Assembly (NCBI GenBank): GCA_965248695.1
Contig: CBDFKD010000002.1
Coordinates: 1,536,001 to 1,600,000 of the forward strand
DNA: 64,000 bases
Source: Acidobacteriota bacterium
GTDB lineage: Bacteria; Acidobacteriota; UBA890; WLXD01
Direction: 5' to 3'
The translations under genes were made by a program, and so were the position numbers. Positions 20,609 to 32,544 of the stretch are shown here, piece by piece; position 1 is the stretch's first letter; the number at the start of each line of letters is the position of its first letter. The notes under the pieces were generated by a model that made no database searches, was not told the DNA's origin, and saw only the letters and a program-made list of their open reading frames with translations.

Positions 20609-21769
20609 ATGTTGCGTTCGCTCCGTCTCATGCTGCTCTGTCTGTGCGCCGTCTTGACGGCCTCTGCCACGGTCGACGCAGGCTCCGCCCGCAAGCTGGC
20701 GAAGTACAAGCCAGACATTTCCGTTTCCGAGGTGAAGGTCGACGTCAAAGACGGCGTCGTCCGGTGGGACGAGTTCAAGGGCGACGACTTCTACGAGGGC
20801 GGCGCCGACGTACCAGCACAGAACATCATTCTCGACGGTGGCAAGAAGGTCACCGAGCGCTACCTGGTCTCGATACGCAACGACGGCACCAAGTCGGACT
20901 CGTTGCGAATCAAGATGGACATTCCGGACGCGGTCACGACCGTTGAAGCCCGCGGCGCAGCCGATGTGTTCGAGGCGACGATCTACGGGGCAACGCTGAA
21001 GGGGCCGAAGATGTTCCGTGGCGAGGACGTCACGGCAGAGTTCGCCGGCAACGGCATGGTCGTCGACGTGACGGCGGGCGAGAGCCACTACTACTGGGTA
21101 GAGATCGCCGGCCTCAAGGGCTTCAAGAAGAAAGACTACGTCGCCATACCGATACGCGCGCGCTCCTTGACCGGTTCCCGGGGTGCGATCCCGGTAAGCA
21201 ACGACCCGTTCAACACGGTCCTACCGGCGGTCGAGGACTACTTCTTCATCACCTTCGGAGTCGCCGGCGTGATTCTCATTCCCGACGGCGGAGGAGGCGG
21301 AGGAGGCGGAGGCGGTGGCGGCGCCGATGCTATCGACCACAAGACCGTGGCGTGGCCTGGGCCGATGAACGTAGGCCCGTGGAAGATCACGTCCACGGTG
21401 ACCGTCACCCTGGGGAAGTACCAGGTGTGCGTCCCCCACAGCAAGAACCGCTCGTGGCCAGTGGCCTTCGAGCCGGGCGGTGGCGTGAACGTCAACGGCA
21501 ATATCTGGGCCATCGCGAACATCGGCGGAAAATGGTACGCCGGCATCATCGAGTGGCTCACACCGGGCCTCATCTGCCAGTCGCTCGGATCCGGTGGCGC
21601 TACGACCGTCCTGCATGCGATGGCGACCCACTGGTTCTTCTCGCCGTTGAAGGGCTACGTCCCGAGGCCGGGCGAGACGCTCTACATCTTCGTCAGCGCC
21701 GTCTCCTGGCCCGGCCACGTGAACCCGATCGTGTTCGAGCGCACGCAAATCGTTAAGGTGATCGCGTAG
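20609..21769 (+). CDS. Secreted two-domain hypothetical protein with poly-Gly linker
   Basis: Signal peptide, AGGAG RBS, run of about 12 Gly. Confidence 0.7.
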   Translation: MLRSLRLMLLCLCAVLTASATVDAGSARKLAKYKPDISVSEVKVDVKDGVVRWDEFKGDDFYEGGADVPAQNIILDGGKKVTERYLVSIRNDGTKSDSLRIKMDIPDAVTTVEARGAADVFEATIYGATLKGPKMFRGEDVTAEFAGNGMVVDVTAGESHYYWVEIAGLKGFKKKDYVAIPIRARSLTGSRGAIPVSNDPFNTVLPAVEDYFFITFGVAGVILIPDGGGGGGGGGGGGADAIDHKTVAWPGPMNVGPWKITSTVTVTLGKYQVCVPHSKNRSWPVAFEPGGGVNVNGNIWAIANIGGKWYAGIIEWLTPGLICQSLGSGGATTVLHAMATHWFFSPLKGYVPRPGETLYIFVSAVSWPGHVNPIVFERTQIVKVIA

Positions 21770-21802
21770 AAGACTTCGACCCTCGACGGCACGCGTGTCG
21801 AC

Positions 21803-24067
21803 TTAGCGGCGCGTGCCCAGCATGACGCGGGGCTCGCCGGCGGTCAGAGTACCCACGCGGCATGCGGCCGGATACCCCGCTGCCACCAGCTCGCGGATCG
21901 CCGTATCGGCCGACGTCTCGGGGACGCTCGCTATGAGACCGCCCGAGGTCTGTGGATCGAACAGCAGGGCGAACGCCGGTTGTCCGGCGCCAATCTCGGG
22001 GTTGATCAGCGCGCGGCGTGAGCGCAGATTCTGCGGCTGCAACGACGAAGTGATCCCCTGCTCGATCACCGCGATGGCCCCGTCGTAGGCGGGCACTGCC
22101 TCGAGATCGATCTCGGCGCCGACTCCGGAGGCACGCAGCATCTCCAGTAGGTGACCCAGGAGGCCGAATCCGGTGACATCCGTCATCGCCGAGACACCAT
22201 GACGAAGTAGGATCTCGGCGCCAAGGCGATTCGACATCGACATCCCCGCCAGCGCTGATTCGATCCACCGCCCCTTGGCGCGCTGTCGCATGTGGGCCGC
22301 GAGCAGCACGCCCGTACCGAGCGGCTTGGTCAATACGAGCGCTTCGCCCGGCCGGGCACCGCTCTTGGTCGACAGCGTGTCGGCCGGCGCGAAGCCGCTC
22401 ACCGAGAAACCCAGTGCCAGCGTGGATCCTTCGCTCGTATGCCCGCCCACCAAGACGGTGTCGGACTCATCGAGAGCCTCCAGGGCTCCTGCCATCAGCT
22501 GCACGAGGTCCTCTTCCATCTTCGCTTCGGTGGCGTAGGGAACCGTGGCGAGTGCAAGGGCGGAGTGAGGCGCAGCGCCCATGGCGTGCAGATCGCTCAG
22601 CGCATGTACTGCAGCGATGCGCCCGAACACGAACGGATCGTCGACGAAGGCGGCGAAATGATCGACCGTCTGCACCAGTACCTGGCCGTCGGGCACTCGG
22701 ATCACCGCTGCGTCGTCGGGCGCATCAAGACCGATGATGACGTCGGGGTGCGGCGTCATCGACAACCTCGCCAGGGCGCGCTCGAGCACGCGACTGCCGA
22801 CCTTCGACCCGCATCCGGCACAGTGCATCGGTGGCGTCGATAGCGTGCGGGACGCATCGACGCGATCATCCGCAGCCGATTCAGGCTCCGCCTGCATTTC
22901 CGGCAGCTCGTTGTACTTGCTCATGAAGCGTCGATCGATCCAGTCCTTCCAGCGCCATACCCACCGACCCTCGACGCTCCAGGACGATCGCGACGCCACG
23001 GCGTATTGATCGCCTGTGCTCACCAGGCTCAGGAACTGTCTCTGCGGATAGAACGGTCTGAGCGCCTCACCTCGTAGCCGCCGCCGCAGGTTCTGCTCCA
23101 GCGGTGGGCCCTGCCTAACAGCGAAGACCCCGGCCTTGGGCCGCGGGTGATCCACCACCGCGGCCACGTCACCGCTGGCGAACACGTCGGGATCGTTCGT
23201 TGACTGCAGGGTGCCGTCGACAAGGATGAACCCGCCCGCATCAACCTCCAGCCCACCCTCGCCCGGCCACTGCTGCACACCCGCGGTGGTCACCCAGAGC
23301 GCCTCATCAACCTCGGCGGCGTCACCGTCATCGAAAGTCAGTCGTATGCGCGCGCTCTTCTCCACCCGCGTGACGCCATGATTCGGACGCACGACGATGC
23401 CACGCTCTGCCATGACGCGCCGGAACTTACGCCGTACGCGCCGGTTGTGTGACGGGAGGATCTCATCGTCGCGGGTGTACAGCCTGTACTCGAGATGCTC
23501 GTCGGTCCTGCCGACGGCATGCAGCTCGGACCGTAGCCTGTGCTGGATGGCCAGCAGGATCTCTACACCTCCCGCCCCACCTCCGATGACCGACACGATC
23601 GAGGCATCGGTTCGGGCCAGGACACGCTCTCTCATACGACTCCACTGGCGCCCGAAACCGTCGATCGGCTTGACCGGGACGACGACCCCCTCGGCGCCTT
23701 CGACGTCCTGCATCGACGGTGCCGAACCAATATCGATCGACACCACGTCGTAAGCGACCGGCGGACGACCGCGGCAAACGAGCCGCTTGTTGGCGCGATC
23801 GATGCCGACGACCTCATCGTGCAGGAAGCGGGCGGCGGCGAAGTGCGACAGCGGCCCGAGATCGACATGCGCTTCATCGAATCCATAGTGGCCGGCGATC
23901 AACCCCGGCAACATTCCGGAATAGGGCGCGTGCGTATCGCGGCAGATCAGCGTTACGCGCACGCCGGGCTCGGGACGCATGCCGAGTCGCTTGAGCACCG
24001 TCACGTGGCTGTGCCCACCACCCACCAGGATCAGGTCCTGCCGGACCGGCGCGACTTCCTGCTGCAT
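21803..24067 (-). CDS. selD: Selenide,water dikinase fused to an N-terminal FAD-dependent oxidoreductase
   Basis: GGGHSH and YSGMLPG oxidoreductase domain; CAGCGSKV, DDAAV, GGHT, TKPLGTG, TDVTGFGLLGHL, DPQTSGGL. Confidence 0.9.
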   Translation of the reverse strand: MQQEVAPVRQDLILVGGGHSHVTVLKRLGMRPEPGVRVTLICRDTHAPYSGMLPGLIAGHYGFDEAHVDLGPLSHFAAARFLHDEVVGIDRANKRLVCRGRPPVAYDVVSIDIGSAPSMQDVEGAEGVVVPVKPIDGFGRQWSRMRERVLARTDASIVSVIGGGAGGVEILLAIQHRLRSELHAVGRTDEHLEYRLYTRDDEILPSHNRRVRRKFRRVMAERGIVVRPNHGVTRVEKSARIRLTFDDGDAAEVDEALWVTTAGVQQWPGEGGLEVDAGGFILVDGTLQSTNDPDVFASGDVAAVVDHPRPKAGVFAVRQGPPLEQNLRRRLRGEALRPFYPQRQFLSLVSTGDQYAVASRSSWSVEGRWVWRWKDWIDRRFMSKYNELPEMQAEPESAADDRVDASRTLSTPPMHCAGCGSKVGSRVLERALARLSMTPHPDVIIGLDAPDDAAVIRVPDGQVLVQTVDHFAAFVDDPFVFGRIAAVHALSDLHAMGAAPHSALALATVPYATEAKMEEDLVQLMAGALEALDESDTVLVGGHTSEGSTLALGFSVSGFAPADTLSTKSGARPGEALVLTKPLGTGVLLAAHMRQRAKGRWIESALAGMSMSNRLGAEILLRHGVSAMTDVTGFGLLGHLLEMLRASGVGAEIDLEAVPAYDGAIAVIEQGITSSLQPQNLRSRRALINPEIGAGQPAFALLFDPQTSGGLIASVPETSADTAIRELVAAGYPAACRVGTLTAGEPRVMLGTRR

Positions 24068-24080
24068 CGACACGACCGAG

Positions 24081-24584
24081 TCAGTCGGTACCGCTGTCGT
24101 GCGGGGCAGCCACGCAGTAGGCGCCATCGTGGAACAGGAGCGCGTTGCCATCGCGCCGGTCGAAGGCCTCCAACTCGCCAACGAAGATCACGTGGTCGCC
24201 ACCATCGTGCTGCGCGGCTTTACGACACTCGAAGGTCGCCAAGCTGCCGGGGATCAACGGCGCGCCACCGGCTCCCTCGACGCATTCGACGACGTCGAAC
24301 TTGCCGGGCTCACGGCTGGCGAATGTGTTCGACAACTCCATCTGGTCCGTGCCGAGCACGCTGACGGCGAAGTGCGTGGCGCTTTCGAACACGGGCAGCG
24401 TCCCTGATCTTCGATCGAGGCTCCAGAGGACCAGTGGCGGATCGAGCGAAACCGAGTTGAAGCTACTCACGGTCACACCGACATACGCCCCGTCGGCGCT
24501 TTTGGCCGTGACGATCGTTACGCCGGTGGCGAAACGGCCGAGAGCACTGCGGAGCGCGCGTTCATCGAAGGCTGATTCAGACAT
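24081..24584 (-). CDS. Flavin reductase family protein
   Basis: FATGVTIVT, SFNSVSLDPPLV, GGDHVIFVG. Confidence 0.92.
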   Translation of the reverse strand: MSESAFDERALRSALGRFATGVTIVTAKSADGAYVGVTVSSFNSVSLDPPLVLWSLDRRSGTLPVFESATHFAVSVLGTDQMELSNTFASREPGKFDVVECVEGAGGAPLIPGSLATFECRKAAQHDGGDHVIFVGELEAFDRRDGNALLFHDGAYCVAAPHDSGTD

Positions 24585-24610
24585 CTGGGAGCTTCCTTTT
24601 CTTCCGATTC

Positions 24611-25423
24611 TTAACGTCCTGCCAGCGGCCCCTCGGGTCGCGCGAGCGCGGTGAGATCGGCCCGCGCAATGACGAAATCCGTCGGACCGAGAGCGTACGA
24701 GCTCACCTCATAGGCATCGAATCGGAAGGCGAGCCCGGACTCTACCACCGCCCAGTTGTCGTTCAGCGCGAAACGATTGTCCTCGAACCAGAACGATCCC
24801 TCGAGCGACTCGTCGGGCGCTAGTCCATGGCCGGCACGGAAGACGATCTCGCCCAGACGCGTCAGCTCGGCCTCGTAGCCCTCGACGAGCAGATCTGTCA
24901 GCGCGAGCGTCCGCCCGCTCACCCGGTCGACGACCCACTGCGACCGCGCGCCGTTCGGATGGGCGCCACCCAGATAGCTGTACTCGTCGAACCGGAAGCT
25001 CAGGATTCGCTCGTCCGAGTAGATGATCTCGATACTTCGATCGAGCGCCCAGGAGCCCTCCATGTCGGGGAACTCGGCGCGGAACGCAGCGTACTCCCTC
25101 AGCAACGCATCGCCGAGCGTGGTGAGCGACGCGGCCACCTGTCCATCGTAGAAATCCGCCCGCAGGTGAGCCTGGACAGACTCGTTGATGCGCTCGACCG
25201 CTTCGTCCGCCGGGCGCACGACGATCGGGTAGCGGAACCTGGCGTAGGTGCACGGTGGGGCAGGCTCCGGCGCGTCGGGGATACAGTCGTCGAGGCTTCG
25301 GACCACCGTCCGGGTCTCGAACGTGGGATCGTGCCGGATCTCGTCCTGAGCGACGGCCAATCCACCGAGACCGACGCAATACGACGCCATGATCACCGCG
25401 AGCGCCGATCTGTACCGCATCAT
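24611..25423 (-). CDS. DUF3298/DUF4163 (RsiV/PdaC-like) secreted protein
   Basis: YLGGAHPNG and YEVSSYALGP motifs, signal peptide. Confidence 0.8.
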   Translation of the reverse strand: MMRYRSALAVIMASYCVGLGGLAVAQDEIRHDPTFETRTVVRSLDDCIPDAPEPAPPCTYARFRYPIVVRPADEAVERINESVQAHLRADFYDGQVAASLTTLGDALLREYAAFRAEFPDMEGSWALDRSIEIIYSDERILSFRFDEYSYLGGAHPNGARSQWVVDRVSGRTLALTDLLVEGYEAELTRLGEIVFRAGHGLAPDESLEGSFWFEDNRFALNDNWAVVESGLAFRFDAYEVSSYALGPTDFVIARADLTALARPEGPLAGR

Positions 25424-25505
25424 GACCTCCCGACGGCGCGCCGAGAACAACGCCGCAGCTCCGGCAGACTTGCCGTCCACGCCGATCAAGGAGTTCAATT
25501 GTCCC

Positions 25506-26960
25506 ATGATTGAGTGGTCACGACGACGCGTGCTCGGCGGGCTGGGCGCTATCGCTGCTCCAGCCGCGTTCGGCGTCGGCGGCGGCCTCGTGACGCGTTC
25601 GCTCGCCGAGTCGGCTGGACCGGGCATGGGCGGCGCGAGACCGAGCCCCTACACGCCGGCAGGACTGGTCGGGCTCCCCGACGCGGCGCGTGAGCAACGG
25701 GGGTTTTCGTCGCTCGAGATGGAGCTGCGCTACGGCAGCGCCGACGTCCAGCGCCGTCTCCTCGCAGCAACTCCCCCGCTGCGCTCCGGCGCGCGGTTTC
25801 CGTGGGCCGAGTTCGGGCAATTGCTGAACCAACGGTTCAGCGATCTGAACCGCCACTTCATCTTCGAGTACTACCCCTGGTACGACAACGCGCCTTTCCG
25901 GCACTGGCAACAGTGGAGTCGGGTCCCGCCGAACGACTTGGCGGCCACCAGCGTTCCCAAGTTGGGCGCCTACAGCTCGCGCGATACCGCGGTAATCGAA
26001 CAGCACGCCCGTTGGATCAAGGAAGTCGGTGCCGGCGCCGTGAACCTGAGCTGGTGGGGGATCAACAGCTTCTCCGGCCAATCAGCTCACACGGTGATGG
26101 ACGTGCTCGCCGACCACGACATCAAGGTGATGTTTCATATCGAGCCTTACCGGCACGACCGAGCCCATCGATATCTCGACGACATCACCTACCTGATCCA
26201 GGAATACGGCGACCGGCGCGGCTGGGATGCTCTTCTCCTGTTGCGCGATGCGAGCGACAAGATGGGGCCGGTGTTCAAGTCTTTCCGCACCATCGTTGCC
26301 CAGCAGGTAACCGACTGCCACGGCGTTGTGCACAACGTGCCGGATTACACGCCAGACGAAGTGTGGAAACAGCAGACCGACAGCGTTCGCGAGCGGTTTG
26401 CGCCAGATTTCGACCACGTGACCATGCTGGCCGATTCACTCAACATGAACCGCACCAGAAAATCCGGCTTCGACGGAATCGCCGTCTACAACAACTTCCT
26501 CGATCCGTCGACCTGGCAGGGTCATTCCGAACGTGCCAACAGCGACGGCCTGGTCTATTCCTTCAATACGAACCCCGGCTTCGACAGCATCGCTCGCCGA
26601 GAGATCCCGGCCGACTCGTGTTACGTCCCCAACCCGTTCCATCCACCGACCGAGGTGACCTGGAGCGAGACCACCGAGCGCGAGCGCGCTCGACGGCTGT
26701 CGCAGCGGCAGATCCGTCGCACGCTCAGCACGTCGATCCTGGTGCAGAGCAACCCGGTACACACAAACAGCCGGCAGGGCTTCTTTCTCGTTTTCCTCAA
26801 CTCATTCAACGAGTGGCACGAGGGACACGCGTTCGAGCCGGCGAAGAACTACGCGGCCCTGAGCGGCGCCGAGCTGCCGTCCGGCTATCACAATGCACGG
26901 CGCGGCAGCTACCGGCTCAAGACCCTGGGCCGTTACCTGCGTCGGGTCCTCAACGCCTGA
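25506..26960 (+). CDS. Tat-exported GH99 family glycoside hydrolase
   Basis: SRRRVL signal; [32 protein letters not shown]. Confidence 0.82.
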   Translation: MIEWSRRRVLGGLGAIAAPAAFGVGGGLVTRSLAESAGPGMGGARPSPYTPAGLVGLPDAAREQRGFSSLEMELRYGSADVQRRLLAATPPLRSGARFPWAEFGQLLNQRFSDLNRHFIFEYYPWYDNAPFRHWQQWSRVPPNDLAATSVPKLGAYSSRDTAVIEQHARWIKEVGAGAVNLSWWGINSFSGQSAHTVMDVLADHDIKVMFHIEPYRHDRAHRYLDDITYLIQEYGDRRGWDALLLLRDASDKMGPVFKSFRTIVAQQVTDCHGVVHNVPDYTPDEVWKQQTDSVRERFAPDFDHVTMLADSLNMNRTRKSGFDGIAVYNNFLDPSTWQGHSERANSDGLVYSFNTNPGFDSIARREIPADSCYVPNPFHPPTEVTWSETTERERARRLSQRQIRRTLSTSILVQSNPVHTNSRQGFFLVFLNSFNEWHEGHAFEPAKNYAALSGAELPSGYHNARRGSYRLKTLGRYLRRVLNA

Positions 26961-26979
26961 ACTCGGCAGTCCCCTCACC

Positions 26980-28363
<1,384 letters not shown>

Positions 28364-28377
<14 letters not shown>

Positions 28378-29266
28378 ACGCGGCGAGAGCCGCCGCAACC
28401 ACGGCCTCCCCGGACTCCTGCGTGAAATGGCCGGCGTCATCGAGCACCAGCGGCGCCGAGGCGCCTCGAATCATCTTCGCCAAAGCACGCATTGCCGGCA
28501 CTCCCAACACCGGATCCTGCGCCCCGGCGGCCAGGAACGTCTGTCCTGACCACTCGGTCGAAAGCCATGTACGCGCCCGGCGTGACAGCTCCGCCCCCGG
28601 ATCGTCCGGCGCCGTCGGCACGATTGCGGGGAAGGTACGCACGCCGGCACGGAAGCGGTCGTCCGGGAACGGCGCCTCATAGGCCGCCAGCTCGTCGGAC
28701 GTCAGCCCGGGGCAAGAGCGACGCATGAGCGATGCGATGCTGAAATCCGGATGCTCGCGCACGAAATCTCGCCAGGCTACGAACCCGGCCGACAACGGAA
28801 CATCGCCGGTCCCGAGGAAGGTGTTCATGACGAGAAGACGAACGAATCGTTCCGGCATCTCCTGCGGCAAGGTAAGACCGAGCAGCCCGCCCCAGTCCTG
28901 ACAGATGAGCGTGATGTTGGTGAGCTGACGCTGGGTGATGAGCTCCACCAGCGACCGGCGGTGAAAGTCGAACGTATAAACCGCGTCGTCGACCGGCTTG
29001 TCCGAACGACCGAAGCCGAAGAAATCGGGCGCCACGACCCGACCACCGGCGGCCAGCAACGGCGGCATCATCTTGCGGTACAAGAAGCTCCAGGTGGGCT
29101 CGCCGTGCAGGCAGAGGTAGACGTCATCGGCGCGCGCCGGTCCTTCGTCGACCAGATGCATGCGCAACCCTTCGAACCCCGGCAGATCGTCGACATAGTT
29201 CGGCGCGTAGTCGAAGTCGGGAACCGCGATGAACCGTTCCTCCGGGGTGCGTAGTGCCTCGACCAT
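28364..29266 (-). CDS. Haloalkane dehalogenase
   Basis: [39 protein letters not shown]. Confidence 0.92.
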
Positions 29267-29430
29267 GGTGCAATCCTCTCGCTGATCGGATCGTTCGTGT
29301 GGACTGCATCATATCCAGGGGCTCGGTGGGTCGGGCTCGAAGCGAGCCGGGCGGAATTCCATTGTCGACGGCGGTCAATCCGCAGCGCCGCCGGGCCACT
29401 CAGTTGAGGCGCCGGCCTCACTGTGGCTTA

Positions 29431-29640
29431 CTGATCGGGTCGGCGAGAGACCGACACGGGAAGCGGGTGAGAAACCCGCGCTGCCCCGCAACTGTGAACG
29501 GGGACGAAAGCCGCCCGAAGCCTGATGCTCACCGCGTGGTGTGTGAACCACGCGCATGCCTCAGGCCCGAACGTCACTGGGCTCACGCCTGGGAAGGTGG
29601 CGGCGAGTAGGACGATCCGTGAGCCAGGAGACCGCAATCA
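29431..29640 (+). ncRNA. Cobalamin riboswitch
   Basis: GGGAAGCGGGTGAGAAACCCGCGCTGCCCCGCAACTGT...CACTGGG...GGGAAGG...GAGCCAGGAGACC (B12 box) directly upstream of a TonB receptor. Confidence 0.93.
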
Positions 29641-29673
29641 ACCACTCGGTTGTCCCTCGGGGGAGGGTTTGTC

Positions 29674-31647
29674 ATGCGCACCGCGCTGCGACTCCTGGTC
29701 GCCATCGTCTCCGTCTTGTCTCTTGTCACCGCTGCATCGGCGCAGCAAGTCGCCGCGCGCCAGCCGCCCGACGCAACCCAGGAGGACGAGCTTTGTGTCC
29801 GTCAGGATGCGTTGCGCGTCCATCAGGATGCGTTGCGCGTCTGTCAGGATGCGTTGCGCGTCGACGAGCTCGTCCTCGTCACCGCCAACCGCATCGAGGA
29901 AACGCTCGGCGCAGTCGGTAGCAGCGCCACCGTCATCACGGCGGCAGAGATACGTTCCAGCGGCGCCACCTGGCTGATGGACGTGTTGGCGCGAGTGCCG
30001 GGAATAACGGTGGCCCGCAGCGGCGGGCCCGGCTCCACCACGACCGTGTTCACCCGTGGCACGAACTCCAACCACACGCTCGTGCTGTTCAACGGGCTGA
30101 AGGCCAACAGCCCCACAACCGGCGCCTACGATTGGGCGTACCTGCCGGCGTCACGCATCGAACGCGTCGAGATCGTTCGCGGTCCGCAGAGCACCTTGTA
30201 CGGATCGGAGGCCGTGGGCGGCGTCATCAACGTCATTACGCGCCGCGGCGGCGATGCGACCGTCCTCGACCTGACGGTAGAGGGCGGAGCTTTCGGAACC
30301 CTGCGCGCCGACGTCAGCCTCGCGGGCGAAACCGAATCGAGCTGGTACTCGCTCGGCCTCGACACCTTCAACAGCGACAACCTCTCCGCCGCAGACACTC
30401 GCAACGGCAATGAGGAGCGTGACCGCTTCCGCAACACGGCAATCGACGCTCGCGGCGGCAGGCGTTTCGACGGCGGCTTCACCCTCGAGGGTTTCCTGAC
30501 CCACTTTGACGGCGTGACTCGCTTCGACCAGTTCGACTTTCAGGCCGGACCCGTCGACGACCCCAACGCGCTGCAGGATGCGCAGGAGACCTATGGCGGG
30601 ATCGTGATGGGCTACGAGCGCGGCATCTATGCCGGCAAGCTGACCATCTCCGCCACGGAGCAGGGCATCGGCACTTCCAACCCTGACGGCTTCACCGTGT
30701 CTTCGTCGATCGACGCGTCGATGCGTGAGATCGATTTCCAGAGCGATCTTCGATTCGACGACCACAACACGACCGTGGTGGGTATCGAGCACCGCCGTGA
30801 AACGGCTACTGTCGAGAGCCGGTCGAGCTTCGGTTCCAGCGGCTTCGACGAGTCCCTCCACGTTACTGGCCTGTACGCCCAACATCGATGGTCATGGCGC
30901 GATCGGCTGCACGTGGCGGCAGGGCTTCGTTACGAGGATCACGAGCGTTTCGGTGACGAGACCACCTATCGCCTCACTGCGGCATACAACGGTCCCTCCG
31001 GAATGCGACTCCACGGTTCAGTGGGCAGCGCCTTCCGTGCCCCCAACTTCAACGAGCTCTATTTCCCCGGATTCGGCAACCCCGACCTCGGACCGGAGTC
31101 GAGCCGCGGATGGGACATAGGAGCCAGCGGGACGTTCATCGGTGGACTCCTCAGCGTCGACGCCACCTGGTTCCGTAACGAACTCGACAGCCTGATCGAG
31201 TTCGCCTTCCCGGCTGGCTTCGTCAACCTCGGGGCCGCCACCACGCAGGGCCTCGAGCTGACCACCGGCCTGCTACCCCATCGTGGCGTGCGCCTCGACG
31301 CCAACTACACCTACACCGACGCCAGGACCGCCAGCGGTGATCAGCTCCTGAGACGACCGGAGCACGAGGCAGCTGTCATGTTGCGCGTTCGCCCGCGAGC
31401 GGCCCTGAGCTGGTTCACTGAGCTGCGGTTCAAGGGCGCTCGTAATGACTTCGGAACGGTCGACACTGTCCGATTGGACGCCTACACCCTATGGAACGCT
31501 GCCGCCCAATGGCAGGTAACCGGCGGCGTCGAGCTCATCGGTCGGATCGACAACATCGCCGACCGGCCGTACCAGGAGATCTGGGGGTTCGGTACGCCCG
31601 GGCGCAGCGCCTACGTCGGATTGCGCTTCTCGCTGAGAGGTGGCTAG
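29674..31647 (+). CDS. btuB: TonB-dependent vitamin B12 receptor
   Basis: TonB box ELVLVTANR, RGTNSNHTLVL, IERVEIVRGPQSTLYGSEA, FRAPNFNELY; riboswitch upstream. Confidence 0.88.
   Translation: MRTALRLLVAIVSVLSLVTAASAQQVAARQPPDATQEDELCVRQDALRVHQDALRVCQDALRVDELVLVTANRIEETLGAVGSSATVITAAEIRSSGATWLMDVLARVPGITVARSGGPGSTTTVFTRGTNSNHTLVLFNGLKANSPTTGAYDWAYLPASRIERVEIVRGPQSTLYGSEAVGGVINVITRRGGDATVLDLTVEGGAFGTLRADVSLAGETESSWYSLGLDTFNSDNLSAADTRNGNEERDRFRNTAIDARGGRRFDGGFTLEGFLTHFDGVTRFDQFDFQAGPVDDPNALQDAQETYGGIVMGYERGIYAGKLTISATEQGIGTSNPDGFTVSSSIDASMREIDFQSDLRFDDHNTTVVGIEHRRETATVESRSSFGSSGFDESLHVTGLYAQHRWSWRDRLHVAAGLRYEDHERFGDETTYRLTAAYNGPSGMRLHGSVGSAFRAPNFNELYFPGFGNPDLGPESSRGWDIGASGTFIGGLLSVDATWFRNELDSLIEFAFPAGFVNLGAATTQGLELTTGLLPHRGVRLDANYTYTDARTASGDQLLRRPEHEAAVMLRVRPRAALSWFTELRFKGARNDFGTVDTVRLDAYTLWNAAAQWQVTGGVELIGRIDNIADRPYQEIWGFGTPGRSAYVGLRFSLRGG
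29800..29862 (+). repeat. 3 x 21-bp in-frame tandem repeat
   Basis: nnTCAGGATGCGTTGCGCGTC three times, encoding xQDALRV. Confidence 0.95.
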
Positions 31648-31670
31648 GCTGGTCGAGTCATCCCTCCAGG

Positions 31671-32504
31671 CTAGCGCGGCCTCAGAGCAGTCAACAACAC
31701 CACCAGGGCGCCCGTGCCACCGTTGGCGCGAGAGGTGCCGACAACCACCGTCTCGCCAACATGGATACCGAATGAGGAGCCCAGCAGGTGACGCGCATCA
31801 CCGAGCAGCGCCTGTGGTATCTCGCCGGTCTGGCCCCCAACGCCGGTGTAGTGAATCGGCCGGTGCGACAGTTCGAAGTGCTCGATCATCAATCCCTCGA
31901 CACGTTGCGGGTCACCATGGAACCGCATCTCGACCTGGAAGGAACCCATCGTCCCGAGGCTCGTCGTGGCGTACGAGGCGGTGCGCAACCAGCCGGAGTC
32001 GATGAGCTCGTAGCCGCTGTACGGCAACACCGAGAGCACGTCTTCCATGGCCTCACGAGCACCGTCGGGAAGCTCGGGCATCTCCCCGCTGTCGCTGGCG
32101 GAGAGCAGGATGACGCGGAACTCCTGGGTTGGCGGTGGCACGTCGCGGGCGCGGAGAAGATCCGCCAGCCGGCCATGCGTCGCTTCGTCGCCGTGCAGGG
32201 CGAACTGGTTGTCGCTGATGCCCTCGACGTGGCAGCGATCGTCGACCTGTCGCCCGAGTTTGTCATCGTCATCGGCTTCGCAGACCTGGAACGCCAGCAG
32301 CATGCCGGTCTCACCGCTGATGAACCGGGTCTGATAGATACGCATGGTTCCCGCTGGCTCCTGAGCGAGGACTTGGACGGGCCCCGCCAGCGCCGCGAGC
32401 ACGAAGATCAGCATGCCGACACTGTGCGTCGAAACCAACGCTCGGCGCTCGGAACGCTCGTGGTCGGAAGGGCGGTGAACGTTGCTGCGGGTTGTCGAGC
32501 TCAT
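31671..32504 (-). CDS. Hypothetical exported protein (third gene of the ECF operon)
   Basis: AAGGAG RBS before ATG 32504; hydrophobic signal; C-terminal GETVVVGTS. Confidence 0.65.
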   Translation of the reverse strand: MSSTTRSNVHRPSDHERSERRALVSTHSVGMLIFVLAALAGPVQVLAQEPAGTMRIYQTRFISGETGMLLAFQVCEADDDDKLGRQVDDRCHVEGISDNQFALHGDEATHGRLADLLRARDVPPPTQEFRVILLSASDSGEMPELPDGAREAMEDVLSVLPYSGYELIDSGWLRTASYATTSLGTMGSFQVEMRFHGDPQRVEGLMIEHFELSHRPIHYTGVGGQTGEIPQALLGDARHLLGSSFGIHVGETVVVGTSRANGGTGALVVLLTALRPR

Positions 32505-32544
32505 CAGCTTGCTCCTTGGCGGCTGTCCTGGTCGGTATGGCGGC

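Noticed and set aside
22800-22830. Selenocysteine in SelD
   Set aside because: The active-site region is encoded by Cys codons in an open frame; no in-frame UGA
29800-29862. Possible CRISPR array
   Set aside because: Repeats are contiguous with no spacers, lie in frame inside btuB, and no cas genes are present
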